Shown here in pieces: positions 35,268 through 44,829 of a stretch of DNA of 64,000 bases. How positions within the stretch are numbered: position 1 is the first letter of the stretch; each line of letters starts with the position of its first letter. The notes beneath the pieces were generated by a model. The model had not been told where the DNA came from. It did not search any database and was given only the letters and a program-made list of their open reading frames with translations. Location: positions 38,974-102,973 of the forward strand of contig JBCCEA010000013.1 of assembly GCA_039030515.1 (NCBI GenBank). Reading direction: 5' to 3'. The position numbers and the translations under genes are program-made. This DNA comes from Myxococcota bacterium. Its GTDB lineage: Bacteria > Myxococcota_A > Polyangia > Polyangiales > Houyiibacteriaceae.

Positions 35268-36683
35268 ATGCTGTTCAACAGCTTCGAATATGTTCTGTTT
35301 CTCGTCCTCACTTGTTCGGCTTTTTGGGGTCTGGTTCGCTATCGCCTACTGCGGACCGTCATGCTTCTGCTCTCGAGTTACGTGTTCTACATGTCGTGGA
35401 ACGCGAGCTTTCTCGTTCTGATCGTCGGTTCGACAGCGGTCGACTACTGCGTAGCGATCCAAATCTACAAGAGCGAGCGGCCATGGCAGCGCAAGGCACT
35501 CCTCGCGATCAGCCTGACGCTCAACTTGGGACTGCTCGGGCTTTTCAAGTACGCCGACTTTGCGGTTGGAGCATTCGTCGAAACGGCGTCTCTATTCGGT
35601 TTCGCCCTCGAACCGACCTACCTACATCTCGTGCTCCCCGTGGGCATCAGTTTCTACACGTTCCAAACCCTCAGCTATTCGATCGACGTATACCGAGGAA
35701 CGCTGAAACCCACCCGGAGCTTCTTAGAGTTCGCCACCTTTGTCGCCTTCTTTCCGCAGCTGGTTGCGGGTCCGATCGTGCGTGCTTCGGAGTTTCTGCC
35801 TCAGTTCGACAAGGATCCTCGGCTGCGCACCCATCAGGTTGGTGAAGGTCTGTTCCTGATCCTTTGCGGAATGATGAAGAAGGTGCTCGTCGCGGATTTT
35901 CTAGCGATTCGCCTCATCGATCGCGTTTTCGAAAATCCAGGCACGTTCAGCTCGGCTGAAGTCTGGTTTGCGGTCTATGCATACACCTGGCAGCTATACG
36001 GAGATTTCTCCGGATATACGGATATCGCTCGAGGATCTGCCCGGCTGTTCGATTTTGAGCTACCTCGAAATTTCGACCGTCCTTTTCAAACGACGGGTCC
36101 AATCGAATTCTGGCGATGCTGGCACATGACCCTGAGTCGTTGGGTTCAGGACTACATCTACATACCCCTCGGAGGCTCACGCATTTCGCCTCTACGCAGC
36201 TATGCCAACCTGTTCTTTTCCTTTGTGCTCATCGGTGTGTGGCACGGGGCGGGCTGGACCTTTGTCCTCTTCGGTATCTGGCATGCGACGGGGGTTACGC
36301 TCAACCGGCTCTACCGGAGCCTGAGAACTTCGAAAGAGCCGTTTCGTGGTTGGAAGAAATGGCTCTCGATGCTCGTGAGTGTTCATTTCTTCGTTATTCA
36401 CTGGCCGATATTCCGCTCACCGAATGTGGAACGAATGATGGAAGTCTATGAGCAGATGTTCGCCTTTTCCGGCGCGTCGATGCGGGTCGATGGATGGGTA
36501 TGGACGGTCTTTATCGCGGTCTCGGTGGTCCACTTCACCCCACGTCTTTGGGTTCCAAAGGTGCAAAGTTTTTTTGTGTCCCTGCCCGCATTCGCTCAGG
36601 CTGCGGTGGTCACGGCGATCGCAGCCTTGTTGCTTTACGTGGGGTCAGAACAGGCAGCTCCCTTTGTGTACTTTCAGTTTTAA
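35268..36683 (+). CDS. MBOAT-family O-acyltransferase (AlgI/PatA/DltB-like)
   Basis: MLFNS start, LPVGISFYTFQ, FFPQLVAGPI, DFSGYTD, FWRCWHMTLS, GVWHGA (catalytic His), C-terminal FVYFQF. Confidence 0.95.
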   Translation: MLFNSFEYVLFLVLTCSAFWGLVRYRLLRTVMLLLSSYVFYMSWNASFLVLIVGSTAVDYCVAIQIYKSERPWQRKALLAISLTLNLGLLGLFKYADFAVGAFVETASLFGFALEPTYLHLVLPVGISFYTFQTLSYSIDVYRGTLKPTRSFLEFATFVAFFPQLVAGPIVRASEFLPQFDKDPRLRTHQVGEGLFLILCGMMKKVLVADFLAIRLIDRVFENPGTFSSAEVWFAVYAYTWQLYGDFSGYTDIARGSARLFDFELPRNFDRPFQTTGPIEFWRCWHMTLSRWVQDYIYIPLGGSRISPLRSYANLFFSFVLIGVWHGAGWTFVLFGIWHATGVTLNRLYRSLRTSKEPFRGWKKWLSMLVSVHFFVIHWPIFRSPNVERMMEVYEQMFAFSGASMRVDGWVWTVFIAVSVVHFTPRLWVPKVQSFFVSLPAFAQAAVVTAIAALLLYVGSEQAAPFVYFQF

Positions 36684-36790
36684 GGCACAACGCCTCGGTT
36701 GGCCTGGGCGCACCTTTTTTGGGACTGAAAAGGGTTGAGCCTTGCGGAGCGATTGCCTTGAAGTTTGGGTTTCTACAAAATCAATGAACC

Positions 36791-38329
36791 GTGGCCGCTG
36801 AAGTATCCGTGGACCCTGCCTTAGAACAACCGATCGACGATCATCCCGCCGGTGTGTATCGGCTTGCGTATGTGGTCGCATTTGCCGCCTTGAGCGCGTC
36901 CGTTCCTTATTTGACTCCAGGTTTGGAGCGTTTTCAGGTTTGGGCTCCCGGGGACCCGATTCCCTTTGCGGGGCTTATCGAGCTCTGGCCTACGCCTCGA
37001 GCGGGATCATCCATTGGAGGCGCTATAGGCGCTTCGACGGTGTCCGGACAAAGTGATGAGGCGCTGCTTTCCGAGGCGCCGCTGCCGTCTCCTCTTCAGA
37101 ACGTCCAAGTATCTAGAGCACAAGAGCCCCCTACGACGGAGGTCTCCATATTGAAACTTTCGCCGTCGGAGTACGAAGGGCTTACCCAGGATATTGAAGA
37201 TCCAGACGGAGTGATGAGGCACTTCTACGGAGCACTTCACAAAGTTCACGCACAAGAGCCTGGGGCGCTGGCACGGCTAAGCTTCTACGGCACTTCGACG
37301 AACGGCGCCGATCGGGTGACGCACGTTCTGCGTGAACAATTCAACCGAGCTTTTGGCGACGGCGGCAAAGGATGGATCCCGATTGCTCCTGGGTGGCAAT
37401 ACCAGGTGCACCAAGATGTGTCGTGGAGTCACCGCTCTTGGCGTACTTCGGTAGTCAATCGGGGCACCGAGCAAAATGGCCGCTACGGTTTGGGTGGTGT
37501 GCTCGCACGCAACGCCGGTATCGGTTCTCGAGCCTCGTTTGGGACAGCCGATGCCGATGGTGAACTCAATCGATCCGTATCCCGCTTTATTCTCTTTTAT
37601 CAGGCTTATCCCGAAGGCGGCTCCCTTGTGGCCACCGTGGAAGGACGTGAGCCTCGCACGCTCTCGACGGCTGCCTCAGAGGTTGAGGATCGCACCCTAG
37701 AGATTCCCGTTCCCGGGGGGAGCCACACTCTTAAAATCGGGGTCGATGAAGGGCGTCTCAAGCTTTATGGGGTCGTGATGGAGGGCGACGGTCCCGGAGT
37801 TGTCGTCGATGGTCTGATGCTCATCGGTGCCTTTACCCGCGTATTGCTCAACTTCGATAGCGACCACATCGCCGAGCAGGTACGTCAGCGGGGCTCCGAT
37901 CTGCTCGTGTTCTGGATGGGGGCGAACGATGCCGTAAGTACGAGCGTGCCTTACGAACGCGACGAATACGTTCGGCGCTATGCCACCATCCTCGAGCGCT
38001 TTCGCAGGGCGCGCGCAGATCTGTCCTGCATCGTGATGAGTGTGCTGGACAAAGGGGTCCGGAATCACGGCAGGATTCGGACTCGCGATCGGGTTCCCGA
38101 TTTGGTTGACGCTCAGAGAGAGGCAGCTCGGACTGCGGGATGCGCTTTTTTCAACACCTATGAAGCGATCGGGGGGGCGGGCACCATGAGGCGTTGGTAT
38201 CGGCACCAGCCTCGACTGGTCACCGCCGATCTGGGCCATCTTACCGCTCCGGGATCTCGGATCGTCGGCACGCTGTTCTACAAGGCTCTCGTAAAAGGTT
38301 ACGGTGACTGGCTTGCCGAAAACCCGTGA
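36791..38329 (+). CDS. SGNH/GDSL-family O-acetyltransferase (PatB-like)
   Basis: N-terminal TM, block I FYGTS, FGDGGKG, block III GAND, block V DLGH. Follows the MBOAT gene. Confidence 0.85.
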   Translation: MAAEVSVDPALEQPIDDHPAGVYRLAYVVAFAALSASVPYLTPGLERFQVWAPGDPIPFAGLIELWPTPRAGSSIGGAIGASTVSGQSDEALLSEAPLPSPLQNVQVSRAQEPPTTEVSILKLSPSEYEGLTQDIEDPDGVMRHFYGALHKVHAQEPGALARLSFYGTSTNGADRVTHVLREQFNRAFGDGGKGWIPIAPGWQYQVHQDVSWSHRSWRTSVVNRGTEQNGRYGLGGVLARNAGIGSRASFGTADADGELNRSVSRFILFYQAYPEGGSLVATVEGREPRTLSTAASEVEDRTLEIPVPGGSHTLKIGVDEGRLKLYGVVMEGDGPGVVVDGLMLIGAFTRVLLNFDSDHIAEQVRQRGSDLLVFWMGANDAVSTSVPYERDEYVRRYATILERFRRARADLSCIVMSVLDKGVRNHGRIRTRDRVPDLVDAQREAARTAGCAFFNTYEAIGGAGTMRRWYRHQPRLVTADLGHLTAPGSRIVGTLFYKALVKGYGDWLAENP

Positions 38330-38401
38330 GACGTAGTTGGAAGTTCCCACGTTTTGCCCAGTTTTAGCGGGCTGCAGAAGCACAGAGGCGCTAGACCGTC
38401 A

Positions 38402-39178
38402 ATGATGCAAGAGGCTGTCGTTGTCGGATTGGGTCAAATGGGGGCCGTTTTTGCTCATGGACTGTTGCGAATCGGCCAGTCCGTCCATCCGGTGAATCGA
38501 GGTTCGTGCCTCAGTGAACTCGCCTCCAGGTGGGAAGATGACGAGGCCGCGAAGCCCTCGGTAGTCGTCTTGTCCGTGAGCGAAGATGCGCTGGATGACG
38601 TGCTCTCGAGCATCCCTGCAGCTATTCGGGATCGCCTCGTGCTGCTGCAAAATGAGCTCCTCCCCCACAGGTGGGAGCGCCATCAACTCAGTCCCACCGT
38701 CGCGGTCGTTTGGTTCGAAAAGAAAAGCAATACCGGACTTCGTCAGATCGTACCCACCAAGGTCTTTGGCGCTCAGGCGGGCGTCGTCAAAAAGGTGCTT
38801 TGTTCGATCGGCATTGAAGTGATCGCGCAAGAATCCCACGACGGACTGGTCGGAGCGCTCGTAGCGAAAAATCTCTACATCCTTACCTCAAATATCGCGG
38901 GAATCATGGTGGAAGGTACCGTTTCGGGTTTGCTGCACGCGCATCGAACCCTGGCAGAGGACGTAGCAGCAGAGGTCTTGGCGCTGCAGCAACGGAGATG
39001 CACTGAGGCGCTGGATGCAGCTTTGGCGCTCGAATGTATGTGGGAAGCATTTGAGCGGGACCCAGAGCATCGATGCCGTGGTCGCAGTGCTCCTGAGCGT
39101 CTTCGTCGTGCACTCGAGCAGGGCGCTCAGTTGGGGGTTGAGTTGCCGGTGCTTACTCGAATATCGCAGTGTCTCTAA
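38402..39178 (+). CDS. Rossmann-fold oxidoreductase-like protein (ketopantoate reductase-like)
   Basis: VVVGLGQMG dinucleotide-binding motif and LLQN. Start set at ATG 38402. Confidence 0.6.
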   Translation: MMQEAVVVGLGQMGAVFAHGLLRIGQSVHPVNRGSCLSELASRWEDDEAAKPSVVVLSVSEDALDDVLSSIPAAIRDRLVLLQNELLPHRWERHQLSPTVAVVWFEKKSNTGLRQIVPTKVFGAQAGVVKKVLCSIGIEVIAQESHDGLVGALVAKNLYILTSNIAGIMVEGTVSGLLHAHRTLAEDVAAEVLALQQRRCTEALDAALALECMWEAFERDPEHRCRGRSAPERLRRALEQGAQLGVELPVLTRISQCL

Positions 39179-39837
39179 GCGCTCTTTTTACGAGTTGCGT
39201 CGCACTCGAGTTTGAGGACCCCGTCGACTACGACGGTACTGAGGTCTACCCGGTGGAGGCCTCTGCGATCGCGAACGCGGTCCCGAAACGTCGACGCGAG
39301 TATGCGGCTGCCCGCATATGTGCAAGGCGTGGGCTTGTTCGGTTGGGCCTACCGGAAGCGCCGATCTTAAACGCCAAAGATCGCTCTCCTTTGTGGCCCA
39401 GCGGAGTCGTTGGTTCGATCACACACACCGATCGCTTGGCCGCTTCGGCGGTAGCGCGACGGCTGCACTGCCGTAGTTTGGGTGTCGATGTGGAACCGAT
39501 TGCGGCCTTGGACGCTTCGATTGTCGCCAAAGTGTGCACCCCTAAGGAACGGAAGTTCGTAAGAACACGGGACGAATACTGGCTGGCTAAGTTGATATTT
39601 TCCGCCAAGGAGTGCTTCTACAAGTGTCAGTACCCTCTCTCCAATACGTATTTGGGATTCCAAGACGTCGAGCTGTGGATCGATATCGCACGGAATCGAT
39701 ATCGAGTTGAACTTCAACGATCTGCCGGACCCTTTTCTGCTGGGCAAACGTTTGAAGGTCGGTTCGCGCTCCAGGGTGATTTCTTGGTATCCAGTATGGA
39801 GTGGGGAGAAGCATTCGTGGCAGAAAGGGTTTTCTAA
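39169..39837 (+). CDS. 4'-phosphopantetheinyl transferase (EntD/Sfp-type)
   Basis: KRRREYAAARICAR, PLWPSGVVGSITH, LGVDVE, FSAKECFYK. Confidence 0.92.
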   Translation: MSLSALFTSCVALEFEDPVDYDGTEVYPVEASAIANAVPKRRREYAAARICARRGLVRLGLPEAPILNAKDRSPLWPSGVVGSITHTDRLAASAVARRLHCRSLGVDVEPIAALDASIVAKVCTPKERKFVRTRDEYWLAKLIFSAKECFYKCQYPLSNTYLGFQDVELWIDIARNRYRVELQRSAGPFSAGQTFEGRFALQGDFLVSSMEWGEAFVAERVF

Positions 39838-39889
39838 TCCAAAGCTTCCCAAGATTTTGAACTTTGTCTGAAATAGAAAGGAGCAGGGT

Positions 39890-40243
39890 ATGATCGTCGT
39901 GACCAATCGAATCCCCGTGGCTGAAGGTTTTGAGAGTGATTTTGAAGACCGCTTTCGTCGTAGAGTGCATCTGGTTGACCAGGCCCCAGGCTTTGTCCGC
40001 AACGAGGTTCACCGTCCTCGTCCCATGAAATTCAGCCACGAAGCGGGGCGATTTGTACCCGACGACGAGCGTCAGGGAGCCTATGAGGTGAAGACCTGGT
40101 GGCGACGTTTTGAGGATTTTGAAGCTTGGACCCAAAGCGAAGCTTTTGCCGAAGCGCATCGCAATCGACCTCCCAAAGAGATGTTTGCCGGTCCAAACGT
40201 CTTAGAAGTGCATGAAGTCTTTCTCTCTACCGATGATGCGTAG
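39890..40243 (+). CDS. Antibiotic biosynthesis monooxygenase family protein (IsdG/HmoA-like heme-degrading type)
   Basis: VTNRI, FEDRF, PGF, W...F.AWTQSEAFAEAH, which includes the Asn/Trp/His pattern of IsdG-like enzymes. AAGGAG RBS. Confidence 0.85.
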   Translation: MIVVTNRIPVAEGFESDFEDRFRRRVHLVDQAPGFVRNEVHRPRPMKFSHEAGRFVPDDERQGAYEVKTWWRRFEDFEAWTQSEAFAEAHRNRPPKEMFAGPNVLEVHEVFLSTDDA

Positions 40244-40467
40244 TCGAACTGGATTTTGGATTATCACGAAGAGACACCAGCGATCATGACCAAGAGTGAT
40301 GAGGCAATTTCCATGTTTCGATAAAAATCGAACATGATGCGACTACATGTGACGTATTAGAGAACTCTAGTGCAGTTTTTTGGACACAAGTCGATGTTGC
40401 AGTGTTGACACGTGCCCAAGGTCGATGTTTTATCCAGCAAACATTCAATCACGGCAGGAGGTTTGCG

Positions 40468-40926
40468 ATGTGCATGGTCCTCAAAGCTGCAGAAGAATCC
40501 TCGGTGCTTTTCAAGATGAGCGATCGCGGCTCCCTGGTCTCGCTGGAACGTTGGTATGTGCGTGATCCCTCAGAGGTCGACGGCGGTGATCGAGCAGCCG
40601 CCTGGGCTGTCTTGGCTCAAGGAGGTCGATACCCTTGGATGGCCTGGAGTGACTGGCGCCGGGTTCACACAGAGCACCCGGAAGTGACCGGAACAGCTCT
40701 TGACGCCTGTCGCGCAGTAGTTCTCGCGCGAGGGGCTGCGCGTTCGATGAACCCATGGCAGACCATCTACTTCGGTTCCGCACCGTACTTGGGCGGGTCG
40801 ACATCCAGTGCCGGATCGCTTTTCAACTCTTCGCCGCCCGCGGGCTCTTCTCCGGCCGATAGTGAAAGCGCCTCTGCATCGAACCAATCGGCAGACGTAT
40901 GCCAGCCGCGCGCGGCATCCTCCTGA
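40468..40926 (+). CDS. Hypothetical protein overlapping the ftsH 3' end convergently
   Basis: ATG 40468 is preceded by CAGGAGG. The ORF fills the gap between the ABM gene and ftsH. No recognisable motif. Confidence 0.4.
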   Translation: MCMVLKAAEESSVLFKMSDRGSLVSLERWYVRDPSEVDGGDRAAAWAVLAQGGRYPWMAWSDWRRVHTEHPEVTGTALDACRAVVLARGAARSMNPWQTIYFGSAPYLGGSTSSAGSLFNSSPPAGSSPADSESASASNQSADVCQPRAASS

Positions 40927-42506
40927 GTCGTGCTTTTTGTCAAACGCAAGACGTCGCCAAGAAGCTGATCGAGCTCATCACCCTCGAGTACCTCTTTTTC
41001 AAAGAGCTTTTCGGTGATCTCGTCGAGAAAGCGACGGTTGCTCGTAAGCAATTCTTTCGCGGTCTTCAGCGCAGTATCGACGATTCTTCGAACCTCACTG
41101 TCGATCGTGTCGGCCAGCGCTTCTCCAACCTCACGACGTACCGACATCCCACGACCCTGATCTAAAAAGGAATGTTGTCTGGGCGTGACCGCGATCGGGC
41201 CTACCTTGTCGCTCATGCCGTATTCGACCACCATCGCTCGGGCGATTTCGGTCGCTTTTTGTAAGTCGTTTCCGGCGCCCGTCGAAGGCTCTCCAAACAC
41301 GACTTCTTCCGCCGCTCGACCACCAAGCACACCCACCAGCTTTGCGCGAATTTTTTTACGTGTGAGTAGTATTTCGTCTCGCTCCGGAACCTGCATGGAG
41401 AACCCGCCGATTCCATTTGTTCGCGGAACGATCGAGATCTTGTGAATCACATCTGAACTGCCCGCTAGGGTGCCGGCCAGTGCGTGTCCCACCTCGTGAT
41501 ATGCTACCCGTCGTTTTTCCTCATCGCTGTAGTGCTGATTTTTCTTTTTGAGACCGGCAATGATTCGGTCAACCGCTTCTGAAAACGAGTGCATTGAGAC
41601 CTTTTCGAGCTCGTCTCTCGCCGAAAGAAGCGCAGCCTCGTTGACCAGATTGGCGAGGTCAGCTCCCGAAAAACCCGGTGTTCTTTTAGCAATCGTGTTC
41701 AAGTCGACGTCGTCGGCGGTTTTTACATCTCGAATGTGAACCTTTAAGATCGCCTCGCGACCGTCACGGTCGGGACGTTCTACCGTTACCTGACGATCAA
41801 AACGTCCGGGCCGGAGCAGCGCGGCATCGAGGATCTCAGGCCGGTTTGTGGCTGAGATCAGGATGATCGAATCGTTCGGGGTGAATCCGTCCATCTCGAC
41901 GAGAAGTTGATTCAGCGTTTGCTCGCGCTCTTCGTGACTTCCGAATCCAGCCGCGTTGCCTCGCGAACGCCCAAGCGCGTCGAGCTCGTCGATGAATACG
42001 ATACACGGAGAGGTGCGTCTCGCCTGCTCGAAGAGGTCTCGCACGCGGGCTGCCCCGACTCCTACGAACATTTCGACAAATTCGGAACCGCTGATGGAAA
42101 TAAAAGGAACTCCCGCTTCTCCGGCCACCGCTCGAGCAAGGAGCGTTTTTCCCGTGCCGGGCGGACCGACGAGCAGAACGCCTTTTGGAATGCGTGCGCC
42201 GATCCTTTGGTACTTCTCTGGGGTCTTGAGATAGCTGACGATCTCCTGGAGTTCCTGCTTTGATTCTTCGATACCGGCCACATCTTCGAAGGTCGTGGAA
42301 ACTTCATCGTCCTGAAGCCACTTTCCTCGACTCCTACCGAAGCTCATCACGTTAGGGCGTCCTGCGGTTCCGACTCGATTTCGCCAGAGAACGAACCCAA
42401 CCAGCAAAAGGATTCCAATGTACAGCAGCGCGTTCAAATCAGCTCCGATAGTACCAGTTATAATCCAGGTCTCGGATCGGCAAGTCATCGATGTCGAAAC
42501 AGTCAA
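40767..42506 (-). CDS. ftsH: ATP-dependent zinc metalloprotease FtsH (single N-terminal TM)
   Basis: [50 protein letters not shown] zinc motif, GAGNDL. Confidence 0.95.
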   Translation of the reverse strand: MTVSTSMTCRSETWIITGTIGADLNALLYIGILLLVGFVLWRNRVGTAGRPNVMSFGRSRGKWLQDDEVSTTFEDVAGIEESKQELQEIVSYLKTPEKYQRIGARIPKGVLLVGPPGTGKTLLARAVAGEAGVPFISISGSEFVEMFVGVGAARVRDLFEQARRTSPCIVFIDELDALGRSRGNAAGFGSHEEREQTLNQLLVEMDGFTPNDSIILISATNRPEILDAALLRPGRFDRQVTVERPDRDGREAILKVHIRDVKTADDVDLNTIAKRTPGFSGADLANLVNEAALLSARDELEKVSMHSFSEAVDRIIAGLKKKNQHYSDEEKRRVAYHEVGHALAGTLAGSSDVIHKISIVPRTNGIGGFSMQVPERDEILLTRKKIRAKLVGVLGGRAAEEVVFGEPSTGAGNDLQKATEIARAMVVEYGMSDKVGPIAVTPRQHSFLDQGRGMSVRREVGEALADTIDSEVRRIVDTALKTAKELLTSNRRFLDEITEKLFEKEVLEGDELDQLLGDVLRLTKSTTQEDAARGWHTSADWFDAEALSLSAGEEPAGGEELKSDPALDVDPPKYGAEPK

Positions 42507-42584
42507 CCATTCTGGTTTCCTGCAGTCGTTTGGTCAGGCGGATGGGTAGACGGACCCTGAGCTGTCCTCTCAGACACGCCTCTG

Positions 42585-44747
42585 TCAGTTGTTCTGCACC
42601 AAGATCAGGAATTGAACCCGCCGATTCTGAGCTCGGGCTTCCGGAGAAGATCCCGCCGCGATAGGTCGCTCCATACCATAGCCGTTTGCGGTAAGCCGCT
42701 GCTGTTCTATTCCGGCGTTGACCAACCAATCGCGCACGGACTGCGCGCGTCTCTCGGAAAGTTCGAGATTGTAGCGGCGGTTGCCTACGTTGTCCGTATG
42801 CCCTTGAATCTCTACCTCTGACAGTTCTGGGTTCTGCTGAAGCACGTCGGCTATCTGCCGCATCAATCCGAAGCTATCGGAGAGAATCTCGTCCGAGTCG
42901 AAGGCGAATTTGATCTGCTGAAAGAGTTGAACTTCGGTGTCTTCGACTACGACCAGCTGCTCCTCCAGTTCACATCGGACCTCGGTGTCGCTTCCGTCCT
43001 CGGGCATCATCGCGGTGCAGGTGGCACCATGGTAGTTCGGGTGGTCGGCGAACATGGAGATCTCTTCACCGGGTTCAAAGAGGTACGTCACGAATCTGCC
43101 GGCGTCGTCTACGGACAGCGGCGTCCTATCTCGCCCTGGGAAGCGGATTCGCGTGCCTGCAACGGGTGCCCCTGAGGCGCCAACGACGGCGATCCCGCGA
43201 ATGCGCCCGCGAGGAGGAGCTTCCGCAGGAACTTCCACTTCACGGGTGACATCGACGTATTCGACAGGGGCAGCAGGTGCTGGCCTCACCTTGTAGGCGT
43301 AAGAGGCTCCAAGCAGAATCATATACGGTGAATTCGGGGAGAGTTCGCGGACGAACTGGTCCTGACGGGTTCCTGTGAGTCCGATGTCAAGTCCGAAGAA
43401 CGTCGCCAATCCCTCGATCGGTGGCAGCACCCGGACTCCTACCGTAAGGTCCTGGGGAAACGCGGAAAACCCGACCTGCTCCAAGCAGCGATCTGCGTCG
43501 CCATCGATGATAGCGCAGGTGTAGTCTTGTCGATTCACGGGTACCCCCAAGGTCCATTCCAAAATGGGATGAACGTAGAAGTCGGTGGCCACGCGGAGTG
43601 GAGCCTCAAAGCCCAGGCCGAGATTGACAAAGTCGGTTCGATTGACCTCATTGCCAAACCGCTCCAGCGCCGTGATCAAGTTTCGAGTTTCCGCCGCGGT
43701 AGGTAGTGGATCAGCGAGCGCGGCGTAACGATTGCGCTCGGTAGAATCGACCAGGTTCTCAGACTGATCGAACAAATATTGGAGATTAAAACGGGCGATC
43801 AGAGGGATTGTAGATTTCGCTTTACGGAGGTCTGCGCTCAGGTTGGCCCGGATTCCTATATTCACCGTGTCGAAAGCCGTACCGACTCCGGATACAGGGC
43901 TGAGAAAACGGAAGCTTAAATCCCCACCTACGGTCCACAAATCGGCGGGCTGGAAAAAAGCTTTCACGCCCAGGGAAGTGTCCCCGAGGGCCATGATCAG
44001 GTCGGGATCACCCACATCATTTGAGTTGGCAAAACCAGCAACGGTGATCCAGGTCTCGACGTTGCGGTGGACGGTGTAGCTGAGCGATGCCGCTCCTGCG
44101 ATATGACCGTGTTGATCGCCGGAAGCGAGAAAGTCCCTTTTTCCGAAAAATTGGGTCGCCAGCTGCAGCCGGAATGAGCCCGGTTCTCCGCTCCCTGCAT
44201 CTACAACGCGAAATCCACCTACCGGACCCCACCAGCTGCCGTGCGCTCGAAAGAGTTCCCGCTGCCGTGCAGAAGAAAGCTCAGACCTCTCGGTGCCGTT
44301 AGTTGACTCCTGAGATGCTAAATCGGAGCGTTCAACTTCATCCGTTGCGGCTTGGTTGCCGTCCTCTTGATCTCCTCCTAGCTGGTCTTCTTCAAAAAAC
44401 CGATCGTCCTCGGGAGATGGTTCTGCCGACAGCTCGGCCGGTTGATGTTCCCCGTCAGGGACATCGGACTGTGCTGGAGCGATGAACTCGTCGTCCGTGA
44501 ACTCGTCATCCGTGAACTCGTCGTCCGTGAACTCGTCATCCGTGAACTCGTCGTCCGTGAACTCGTCGTCCGTGAACTCGTCGGTCGCGTCGCGTGCGGG
44601 ACGGCTGTAGGAACCCTCATCCGGATCGTCAAATTCGTCGTCAAATTGTGCTCTTGCACCTGATAGTGCCGAGCACAGAGCGAGTACGAAGGGGGTCGCG
44701 AAACAAAACGAACGCATACGCAGCAGGAGTGTAGCTGAGAAATCCAA
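42585..44747 (-). CDS. OmpA-family outer-membrane protein (acidic N-terminal repeats, barrel, carboxypeptidase-regulatory-like domain, OmpA domain)
   Basis: Signal peptide ending ARA-Q, beta-strand-rich middle, OmpA motifs IKFAFDS, IQGHTD, NLELSERRA, NRRVQF. Confidence 0.88.
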   Translation of the reverse strand: MDFSATLLLRMRSFCFATPFVLALCSALSGARAQFDDEFDDPDEGSYSRPARDATDEFTDDEFTDDEFTDDEFTDDEFTDDEFTDDEFIAPAQSDVPDGEHQPAELSAEPSPEDDRFFEEDQLGGDQEDGNQAATDEVERSDLASQESTNGTERSELSSARQRELFRAHGSWWGPVGGFRVVDAGSGEPGSFRLQLATQFFGKRDFLASGDQHGHIAGAASLSYTVHRNVETWITVAGFANSNDVGDPDLIMALGDTSLGVKAFFQPADLWTVGGDLSFRFLSPVSGVGTAFDTVNIGIRANLSADLRKAKSTIPLIARFNLQYLFDQSENLVDSTERNRYAALADPLPTAAETRNLITALERFGNEVNRTDFVNLGLGFEAPLRVATDFYVHPILEWTLGVPVNRQDYTCAIIDGDADRCLEQVGFSAFPQDLTVGVRVLPPIEGLATFFGLDIGLTGTRQDQFVRELSPNSPYMILLGASYAYKVRPAPAAPVEYVDVTREVEVPAEAPPRGRIRGIAVVGASGAPVAGTRIRFPGRDRTPLSVDDAGRFVTYLFEPGEEISMFADHPNYHGATCTAMMPEDGSDTEVRCELEEQLVVVEDTEVQLFQQIKFAFDSDEILSDSFGLMRQIADVLQQNPELSEVEIQGHTDNVGNRRYNLELSERRAQSVRDWLVNAGIEQQRLTANGYGMERPIAAGSSPEARAQNRRVQFLILVQNN
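44483..44583 (-). repeat. 15-bp tandem repeat (~6.7 copies) encoding (TDDEF)n
   Basis: tgaactcgtc(g/a)tccg repeated on the + strand. Confidence 0.95.
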
Positions 44748-44829
44748 AAACCAGAGTTCTTAGTAGGACTTGGTTTCGGAAGTTGCACGAACTACGTCGC
44801 CCCTTGGCGGCCAAGGTTCTCGTGCACGC

